This document shows, in pieces, positions 1 to 6,852 of a stretch of 12,222 bases of DNA. Each line of letters opens with the position of its first letter. Position 1 is the first letter of the stretch. Under the pieces are notes generated by a model, which saw only the letters and a list, made by a program, of their open reading frames with translations, was not told the DNA's origin and did no database searches. Source of the DNA: Myxococcota bacterium (GTDB lineage Bacteria > Myxococcota > JACRCW01). Location: assembly GCA_040752415.1 (NCBI GenBank), contig JBFMGU010000304.1, positions 1 through 12,222 of the forward strand, written 5' to 3'. Both the position numbers and the translations under genes were made by a program.

Positions 1-107
1 AGAAGGGCGCGGCCAAGAAGAAGGGCGCGGGGAAGAAGAAGGCGCCCGCCAAGAAGAAGGCCGCGAAGAAGGGCGGGAAGAAGAAGGCGGCGCGTCGGAA
101 GCGCTGA
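1..107 (+). CDS. 3' end of a protein with a Lys/Ala-rich, histone H1-like low-complexity C-terminal tail (partial)
   Basis: Frame from nt 3 reads KGAAKKKGAGKKKAPAKKKAAKKGGKKKAARRKR then TGA at 105-107; all Lys codons are AAG. Not in the ORF track because it is 5'-truncated. Parent protein cannot be identified. Confidence 0.8.
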   Translation, partial: KGAAKKKGAGKKKAPAKKKAAKKGGKKKAARRKR

Positions 108-124
108 CGGATGGGGGCGGCCCC

Positions 125-1468
125 TCAGCGCTTCAGGGGCTGCCACGTCTGCTTCAATCCGAACTCCAACTGGCCCGCGCTGTTGCGCGCGGCAACGAGC
201 TCCCGCTCAATCCGCAGCCACTGACCGCTCAAGAGCGGCGCATGCACATTGCGCGTGGTCAGCGCGGGCGAGATGTCCTGCAGCGTCACCGTGGCACGCG
301 CGCGCTTGCCGGTGGCGTCCATGACGTCGTCCACGTGCGACCAGCCCCAGCGCGCCGCGGGCGGCAGGCGCACCAGCAGGTTGAAGCGATCTCCCAGCAC
401 CGTGCGGTCCGTCGTCACGCGAGCCGTTCCGGTGACCGCGTTGGCCAGCATCAGCAACGGCCCATCCGTCGGGGAGGGGTTCACCACCAGCCCACCCGAC
501 GACGGCGCGGTGGCCCGCTGGATCACCCGGTTGAACAGGCCCGTCACGCTCTCCGCCTGGATCCACTCCGTGCCGTCGACCCACAGGTGACCGCTGAACC
601 CCTCCGGCGCGGCGAGCGTCTGGGCCTCTTCCGTCGCCACCAGCTTGTCCACCAGCATGGCCACGCCGCTGGGCGCATCCACCGCCGTGCCGCGCACGCG
701 CAGCTGCAGGTCGACAAAGCGCCACGCACCGAATCCGTCGCGCAGCAGGCCCACGTAGCTCAGCTCCTGCACGAGACCGTTGGCGTCCTGCTTCACGCGC
801 AAGCCGCTGTGCGTGCCCGCGTCGGAGGGGTCCAGGCGCAGCGTCGAGAGTGGCGTGCCGTCGGCGTCGGTGAGGGCCACCTGCACGTCATCCCAGTGCG
901 CGCGCGGGGACGGGTCCCCCAGGTGCATGCCCAGGACGATGACGGCGTTGCGGAGGCTCATGGCCTCGTTGGCCACCGGGATGACGCCGGGAACCTTGCC
1001 CTTGAGGTGGACCACCGCGTCCCAGGAGGCGCTCTGGTACGCCAGGTCCGGCACGAACCACGTCCCCGCGTCACGACGGTCTGTGAGCACTACGTTGCGC
1101 GCCCGCATCATCTGCTCGAGCGAGGGCTGGTACAGCCACGTCTTGCCTGACTTCGCCTCGAAACGGGTGGCGCGGACCACCGGCGCTCCGTCGGGGCAGC
1201 CCACCTCCGCGCTGTACCACTGCTCTCCACCCGGCGCGGCCGGCACCGTGAGGTCCACGCGCCCCGCGCACACGCCGCGCTCCCGCGCTCCCAGCCCGCG
1301 GCTCAACACGCGCTCCACCACCACGCCCACGCCCGGCACGTCGCGACGCAGCTCATAGCTCTGCCCCTCGGGCGCGGGCGCATCCACCGGTTCCAGGGCG
1401 CGCGGAGCACGCGCGGTGGCGTTGCAGCCCAGGGCCAGCATGAGAAGCAGGAACATAGAGCGGCGCAT
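125..1468 (-). CDS. Hypothetical lipoprotein (~447 aa)
   Basis: Long ORF with GC-rich third positions. ATG at 1468 is preceded by a GAGGA SD-like motif. N-terminus MRRSMFLLLMLALG-C is a type II signal peptide with lipobox. No recognisable catalytic motif. Confidence 0.75.
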   Translation of the reverse strand: MRRSMFLLLMLALGCNATARAPRALEPVDAPAPEGQSYELRRDVPGVGVVVERVLSRGLGARERGVCAGRVDLTVPAAPGGEQWYSAEVGCPDGAPVVRATRFEAKSGKTWLYQPSLEQMMRARNVVLTDRRDAGTWFVPDLAYQSASWDAVVHLKGKVPGVIPVANEAMSLRNAVIVLGMHLGDPSPRAHWDDVQVALTDADGTPLSTLRLDPSDAGTHSGLRVKQDANGLVQELSYVGLLRDGFGAWRFVDLQLRVRGTAVDAPSGVAMLVDKLVATEEAQTLAAPEGFSGHLWVDGTEWIQAESVTGLFNRVIQRATAPSSGGLVVNPSPTDGPLLMLANAVTGTARVTTDRTVLGDRFNLLVRLPPAARWGWSHVDDVMDATGKRARATVTLQDISPALTTRNVHAPLLSGQWLRIERELVAARNSAGQLEFGLKQTWQPLKR

Positions 1469-1622
1469 GGTGGTCCTCGTCACGTGGTGCGGCGTCGGGA
1501 TGTGACAGCGCGCACCCTACAGCGGACGGGTGGGCGTCGTCAGGCCCCGGGGTTTCGATCCCGCGCGGGCAGCGGGTCCATTGGAACAGAGCAGGACATC
1601 AGCCCCCTTCAAGGAGATGACC

Positions 1623-2780
1623 ATGCGTTCAGCCCGTTCTTCCGTTGCCGTGCTCCTTACCCTCAGCTCCCTGTTGGCCTGTGGCGGCCGTGGCGGGGAG
1701 GAGGACGGTTCGACCACCAGCTCCTCCTCCGGCGGATCCGAGGCCGTCGCGCTGTCCGGCGCCCTCTCGGCCGGCTTGGAGGACGAGAGCATGAGCGAGT
1801 CGGATGAATCCCCGGACGCATTCCTGGCCGCCGCCGGTGAATCCAACGCGGACGCCGATCCCGCCGTGGCCGCCGAGGACGAGGCGCCCCCTTCCGACAC
1901 CTCCCTGGGCACCGAGGACGGCAACACCGTCACCGAGGCCGAAGCACAGACCGGCACCAACGCCCCGACGGTGTTCTATCTGACCGTGGGCTGGGGTCGG
2001 TTCCCGTTCGAGCGCAACGCGCAGCCGGTGGCCGTGCAGGGAACCATCAGCGTCGACGTCGGGGCGATTGTGGTGTTGCGCCGCATGGCCCTGGAGCCCA
2101 TCACGCCGCAGGAGGACCGCATCCGTCGTGACGCCACCATGCCGCTGCGCCAGCTCAACCTGGACACCACCATTGGCTGCTGCATGGACGGCGTGGCGCT
2201 GAAGGTGATCCTGCACGAGAGCATCAACCAGACGGGCACCGCCACGCCGCGCGAGGCCACGCTGACCCTGGCACTGGACAACGGGCAGACGTTCGCCATT
2301 CCGCTGAATCCCGGCGTGGAGACCATTGACGAGGTGGCCGACATTGGCAGCGGCCTGAAGGGCTTTGTGCAGGGCTTCCAGCGCCAGCCGGTGGCGGACT
2401 GCAAGCAGGGCTACATGCTGGGCCGCTGGGTCAAGCGCGTGGAGTCCGACGACGGACGCGAGCTGGGTCGCTTCGCGGGTCGCTACGTGGCGGAGGACGG
2501 GACACGCGCGGGCTTCATCCGCGGCATCTTTGGTGAGCGCGAGGACGGCAGCCACGTGTTCTTTGGCAAGATCGTGGGTGTCGATGGGCGCTTCAAGGGG
2601 CTGATGAAGGGCACCTACGGCAACGGCGAGTTTGACGGCCTCTTCCACCGCAACCGCACGACGGTGTGGGGGGCGGTGCACGGTCGCGCGGTGACGGCGG
2701 CGCAGGGACAGGACCGGGCCATGGGCTTCTTCCGCGGTCGCTGGAGCCAGTTGTGCGGCGAGGTTGACGGCGAGCAGTGA
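1623..2780 (+). CDS. Hypothetical lipoprotein (~385 aa) with acidic/Ser-rich linker and Gly/aromatic beta-rich C-terminal domain
   Basis: AAGGAG (1611-1616) lies 6 nt before ATG 1623. MRSARSSVAVLLTLSSLLA-C lipobox, followed by a S/E/D/A-rich stretch. C-terminus has repeated G-x-[FM]-x-G-x-[WYF]-like motifs. Confidence 0.85.
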   Translation: MRSARSSVAVLLTLSSLLACGGRGGEEDGSTTSSSSGGSEAVALSGALSAGLEDESMSESDESPDAFLAAAGESNADADPAVAAEDEAPPSDTSLGTEDGNTVTEAEAQTGTNAPTVFYLTVGWGRFPFERNAQPVAVQGTISVDVGAIVVLRRMALEPITPQEDRIRRDATMPLRQLNLDTTIGCCMDGVALKVILHESINQTGTATPREATLTLALDNGQTFAIPLNPGVETIDEVADIGSGLKGFVQGFQRQPVADCKQGYMLGRWVKRVESDDGRELGRFAGRYVAEDGTRAGFIRGIFGEREDGSHVFFGKIVGVDGRFKGLMKGTYGNGEFDGLFHRNRTTVWGAVHGRAVTAAQGQDRAMGFFRGRWSQLCGEVDGEQ

Positions 2781-2802
2781 GCAGGTGACGACGGGGATGG
2801 TT

Positions 2803-2844
2803 GCGGCGGGGTGCGCGGAGGTGGCGTGCCCCGCCGTTTCTCTT
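2803..2844 (+). terminator. Probable intrinsic terminator of the + strand lipoprotein gene
   Basis: CGGCGGGGTGCGC-loop-GCGTGCCCCGCCG stem (2804-2836, with G-U pairs) followed by TTTCTCTT, 23 nt after the stop codon. Confidence 0.7.
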
Positions 2845-3029
2845 CAATTCCTCCAGCCGCGGAGCCACATGCTGACCTTCCGGGCCCGTCGGGAACCCCA
2901 CCAGCGGCAGGTCGGGAGCGTGGGCGTGAAGGTTTACAGCGTGGCCGTCCTGCCGCAGTGAGCGCCGGCGCCACGGGGCGATCCTGGCGCAGCTCAAGGC
3001 CTCCCGTCGTCATCACCGTGATGGGTGGC

Positions 3030-5549
3030 TCAGACGGACGCGTCGGCACGCGGCTGCCTTGCGGCATGCGCCATGGGCGCCACTGACGTGGAAAACACGG
3101 CCCAAGAATGCTTGGACCGCTCCACGTGACGTATGTGCAGGTTCATTCCGCCAAGACGAAGCGCGTTCGCCGCAGCGGCGGTGAGCATGGCGTGAACCGT
3201 GCTGGCATCGGAGAAGAACAGGAGCGCCGCCAGCCCACCCAAACCGCCGACACCCAGCGCGAAGACGGTGTCGATCACGGCCACGCGGAGGGGAATCCGT
3301 GCAGCCAGCAGCGGCTGCCCATCCTGTTCATCCAACCGTGGCGCACCCACGTCTTGAAGCTGCGCCGGGATCTCCGCATTGGCGTCGGATGCGTTGAGCC
3401 AATCCGTGAAGCGGCGCGCAACGCTCGACGGGTTGTCGGTTCCGAGTGCGACCAATTGAAGCACCGCGATCTCACCGTCGGGGTTGCGGTACCGCAAGTA
3501 GAGATGCCGCACACCGGCACAAGCGCCTGGTCCCAGGGCCGTTGCCACCACATCGGCGCGCCTCAGGACGAAGCGCAGCTGAGGCGAATTCGCGCACAAC
3601 GCGTCGCCGGTGAACCAAGCGCAGACCACGTGCGAAACCGAGAGCAGGCCAAAGCCCCTCGGTGAATCACCGGGCGCAACGCCGACGACGAGGGCGTCTC
3701 TTGGGGCGCCCAAGTTGTCGCGCGCGACCAGGAGGCTGGTGATCGGCACGAGCGCCGCACGGCGAGCAAGCAAGAGCGTCAACCGCCGATGAGCCAGGTA
3801 GGCGGTGACCGCGCAGACCAGCCACGCAAGCGGCACGTCGTACCGTGCGAGGACGGACGCAGCGACGCCAAACAGCGCACCGAGGGCATAGGGGAGCAGC
3901 AGGTGCTTGCGCGCGGCGGCGGCGGTCGGCGCCTCTTGCGCGGACTCCAGGGCAAAGGGCGGCCCCTGCGGCACCTCATGCAAGAGCTGCTCGACGGCGG
4001 TGTCGTCGATCCCGGCCGCGCGCCTCACGACCCTGGCTGCCGCCCGCACGTCTCCGTGCTTGATGCGCGTGGCGCCACTTCCGAACCAATCCAGGACCCC
4101 GGAGAGCGAATGTGCGAGGACGCCAAGCGCCCGAAGCGTCACTTGCGGGTCATATCCCCTTGCCACGACGGTTCGGGCTGCCTTCACCATTTCACGTCGA
4201 CGCAACACGGAGTTCAGGGCGAGGACCACCGGCAATGCAAAGGTCAGCGGCAACCACCACGGGAGATTCATCCGGACGGTTGCTGGCGCCATGGCAACGG
4301 CTCCCAACAAGAACAGCAGGTACAGACCGAGGCGACGCGCGCCCGTCGACCGGTTCGCCAGCGCGGCCAGGACGGCGGCGGTCAAGAGCACCTCCCGCGG
4401 CGTGCTGCGAATCACGTCGTCGGTCAGCGCAACGCCCCCTTCCACGGCGACGAGGCCCGATCCGGCAGGGTGCTCGACCCGGAGCACGTTCAGCTCGCGC
4501 AGCTTGAGGTTCAGCTCCGCGAGACGCGTCGTGAGGGCGGAGTGGAGCTCACCGGAAGTGACCGCCACGGTGCGAATGCCCACGCGATCCCCCAGGACGT
4601 TGAGGAGCACACAGGAGATGAAGATGAGCGCGAACGCCACCAGGAGACCGACCCACCACGGCACGGGCAGATAATGGCAAACCGCCGCGAACATGAGCGT
4701 CCAGAGGGTGCTGCTGCGTCGGATGAGGCGCCGCGCGTAATCACGCCAGGACAGTCCATCCCCTACCTGGGCGTAGAGGGGCCAAAGCCACAGACCTGAG
4801 GTGGCCACCACCAGCCACGCGGGGAGAACCAACAGCGCCATGGTGATGCCGCCGAGCCAACCTTCGACGGCCGGCAGCTCGAACCAGAAAGCGGCGATGG
4901 ATTCATTCAGCCGCAGGCAAACGGCGGCGGCCAACAAGGCGATCCAGATGAGCGCAGAACCCGCGCCGACGACGTGGCTTGCGCGCGTCCACCGCCACCG
5001 GACCGGAGACCAGCGGACGCGCATGGCAAGACGCGCCACCATCAGCATCCCTACGCACCAAGCCAACAGCAGCAGCAGGTAGCCACCGGCAACCATCCAC
5101 AGCTGCGCGCTCGTGAAGCCAAACTCGACGGTGAGCCGCCCCGAGGTCGTGATGCAGGAGCTTTCCGCCTCGAACACGTTGGAGCGTGCGACTCCAGTGC
5201 ACGTGAGGAATCCATGGTTTGGATGAACCACGCCCACGCGCCCCAACTCGCGCCCAGACGCGCGGATGGCCGTGGCCAGCGCATCGACATCGACGGTCCC
5301 GCGAATGCTCAGACCCTCGCGCGTGAAAACACCGGTACAGGTTCCGTCATAGCGATCCCCACCGCGCTCATTGAAGGTGCATGGGACAAGGGTCTGAAGC
5401 ACCGCGATGACGTCGTCGTTGCCCCCGGTGACCACAGACTGCGTCACTCCGCGCGCGTCCGGATAGAACCAAAGCTCCGAGGCACGTTCTCGTGCGAACG
5501 CATCAGAAGCCATCAGAAGGAAGAACGGCACCACCAGCAGAGTACGCAT
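3030..5549 (-). CDS. Multi-pass membrane protein (~839 aa) with degenerate M48 (HtpX/Ste24-like) peptidase domain; probably catalytically inactive
   Basis: GAGGGAG SD 6 nt before ATG 5549. Signal peptide MRTLLVVPFFLLMASDAFA and many hydrophobic segments. The central part follows the M48 layout: ELHSALTTRLAELNLKLRELNVL...VALTDDVIRSTPREVLLTAAVLAALAN...TM-TM...RRREMVKAA...YDPQVTLRALGVL...KHG. The HExxH position reads AALAN. Confidence 0.7.
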   Translation of the reverse strand: MRTLLVVPFFLLMASDAFARERASELWFYPDARGVTQSVVTGGNDDVIAVLQTLVPCTFNERGGDRYDGTCTGVFTREGLSIRGTVDVDALATAIRASGRELGRVGVVHPNHGFLTCTGVARSNVFEAESSCITTSGRLTVEFGFTSAQLWMVAGGYLLLLLAWCVGMLMVARLAMRVRWSPVRWRWTRASHVVGAGSALIWIALLAAAVCLRLNESIAAFWFELPAVEGWLGGITMALLVLPAWLVVATSGLWLWPLYAQVGDGLSWRDYARRLIRRSSTLWTLMFAAVCHYLPVPWWVGLLVAFALIFISCVLLNVLGDRVGIRTVAVTSGELHSALTTRLAELNLKLRELNVLRVEHPAGSGLVAVEGGVALTDDVIRSTPREVLLTAAVLAALANRSTGARRLGLYLLFLLGAVAMAPATVRMNLPWWLPLTFALPVVLALNSVLRRREMVKAARTVVARGYDPQVTLRALGVLAHSLSGVLDWFGSGATRIKHGDVRAAARVVRRAAGIDDTAVEQLLHEVPQGPPFALESAQEAPTAAAARKHLLLPYALGALFGVAASVLARYDVPLAWLVCAVTAYLAHRRLTLLLARRAALVPITSLLVARDNLGAPRDALVVGVAPGDSPRGFGLLSVSHVVCAWFTGDALCANSPQLRFVLRRADVVATALGPGACAGVRHLYLRYRNPDGEIAVLQLVALGTDNPSSVARRFTDWLNASDANAEIPAQLQDVGAPRLDEQDGQPLLAARIPLRVAVIDTVFALGVGGLGGLAALLFFSDASTVHAMLTAAAANALRLGGMNLHIRHVERSKHSWAVFSTSVAPMAHAARQPRADASV

Positions 5550-5742
5550 GGTCAACTCCCTCATGGCGTGGAGCATCATCTCGCACCGCGGCTCCCGGAG
5601 CGATGCGAAACGGTGGGCGCGTCATGCGGGCTGCGGAAAGCCCTGCCTGCGCCCCGTCGGAGGTCGTCCTTGACCACCGCCAACACCTGCGCTCGCCCAC
5701 CGCGCCTGGGGCGCTCCAGCCCGTTCGATGTTGAACTCGAGC

Positions 5743-6798
5743 TCATTCCACCACGTGCTTCATCGGCTCCTCGCTGCTGCGCTTCCGCGGCAACGTCCGC
5801 CAGATCTGCCGGACGAACGCGGCCAGCTCCCAGGCGCCCCTCCCGGACCGAAAGGCGCGGGAGACCTCCGCCTTCACGCGCTGTTCGGCAACTTGGAGCT
5901 CCACGCCCAGCACGGTGGCAGCCGCTTTGGCCACTTCCAGCATGGACGCAGGACCTTCAGTCAGCACCGCTGTGAGCTGCGCTTCGTCCAGCGCGGGCAG
6001 ATGAACGTGTTCGGAGATTCTCGCAGCCAGTCCGGCGTTCATCCCGGAGGCAATCAGTCGCTGCCGCCAGTCATCCCCAGCCCCAATATCCAGACGGCCC
6101 GCAAAGATGATGGTGACCCAGGAGATATCCAGCTCAACCTGGGAAGCGCCGTATTTTCCCGGAACACCAACGGTCTCCCGGTCCATGAAGTGCGCCAGCT
6201 CCGCCTGCAGCTCCTGGCGTTCCGGAGGCCGGGACGGCGGTTCTTGCAGCGCGCGTTTGTCTGCGTTGGACTCCGGAAGCAGTGCCTCGACGTCGTCGAT
6301 GATCACGATGCCGCGGTTCAGTTTGTCCGCAACGGAAGTTGCCCACGAGCCAAGCGCCGTCCCCACGTTGACGCCGCGGAACCCGGTGGCCACCAGCGAC
6401 GCCGCACTGAGGTGCAACACCGGCACTCGTGCGCAGCCAGCCAGCTGATGCAGAAGGAAAGTCTTTCCCGTTCCGGTGGGCCCGGTGAGCAGGAGTGTGC
6501 TGCGCAGGAAGAACGCCGCGTCCGACGCCAGCGACGCGAGGTCACCGTTGGCCTGCACCACCGCAGAGATGCGCTGCGCGGCGTGTGAGCGAGCAGCATT
6601 ATCGTCGACGAAACCATCCAACGGATCCTGCCCCGTTGCCCGTTCCACCACCTTCCCTTCGCTGATGATGATGGAATTGCACAGGCGGATGCACTCATTG
6701 CAGATGTAGACCGCCGGCCCGGCGATGAGCTTGGCCACTTCCTTCTGGCCCTTGCCACAGAAGCTGCACGTGAGCGCGGGTCCGGTCGGCGTCGTCAT
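5743..6798 (-). CDS. Divergent ClpX-like protein (ClpX C4 zinc-binding domain plus degenerate AAA+ ATPase), ~351 aa
   Basis: CSFCGKGQKEVAKLIAGPAVYICNECIRLCNSII closely matches the ClpX ZBD. Walker A GPTGTGKT; Walker B-like GIVIIDD; LIASGMNAGLAARI aligns with ClpX LIKFGLIPEFIGRL. Start placed at ATG 6798 behind GGGGGA. Not called clpX because key motifs are altered and no clpP is adjacent. Confidence 0.85.
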   Translation of the reverse strand: MTTPTGPALTCSFCGKGQKEVAKLIAGPAVYICNECIRLCNSIIISEGKVVERATGQDPLDGFVDDNAARSHAAQRISAVVQANGDLASLASDAAFFLRSTLLLTGPTGTGKTFLLHQLAGCARVPVLHLSAASLVATGFRGVNVGTALGSWATSVADKLNRGIVIIDDVEALLPESNADKRALQEPPSRPPERQELQAELAHFMDRETVGVPGKYGASQVELDISWVTIIFAGRLDIGAGDDWRQRLIASGMNAGLAARISEHVHLPALDEAQLTAVLTEGPASMLEVAKAAATVLGVELQVAEQRVKAEVSRAFRSGRGAWELAAFVRQIWRTLPRKRSSEEPMKHVVE

Positions 6799-6852
6799 CA
6801 GATCCCCCGTTTCACCTGGAAGACACCGCATCCAGGTCTGCCAAGCTGAACT

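Noticed and set aside
1543..1570. GGGGTTTCGATCCCG resembling a tRNA T arm or att remnant
   Set aside because: No acceptor, D or anticodon arms can be built, and it does not match the tRNA-Phe in the window.
1902..1911. TCCCTGGGCA, a 10-nt match to the tRNA-Phe 3' end
   Set aside because: Inverted relative to the tRNA, inside a CDS, and short enough to be chance; not an att site.
1629..2681. 350-aa minus-strand ORF and the other long overlapping ORFs in the track (e.g. 242-1150, 3789-4799, 4974-5975, 9828-10892)
   Set aside because: Low-information translations in alternative frames of better-supported genes; expected from stop-codon scarcity at high GC.
2784..3014. Retron msr-msd interpretation of the end-paired structured region
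   Set aside because: No reverse transcriptase gene is adjacent or anywhere in the window.
5743..6798. Annotation as canonical clpX
   Set aside because: IGF, RKH, pore, Walker B and sensor-II motifs are altered and there is no tig/clpP/lon context.
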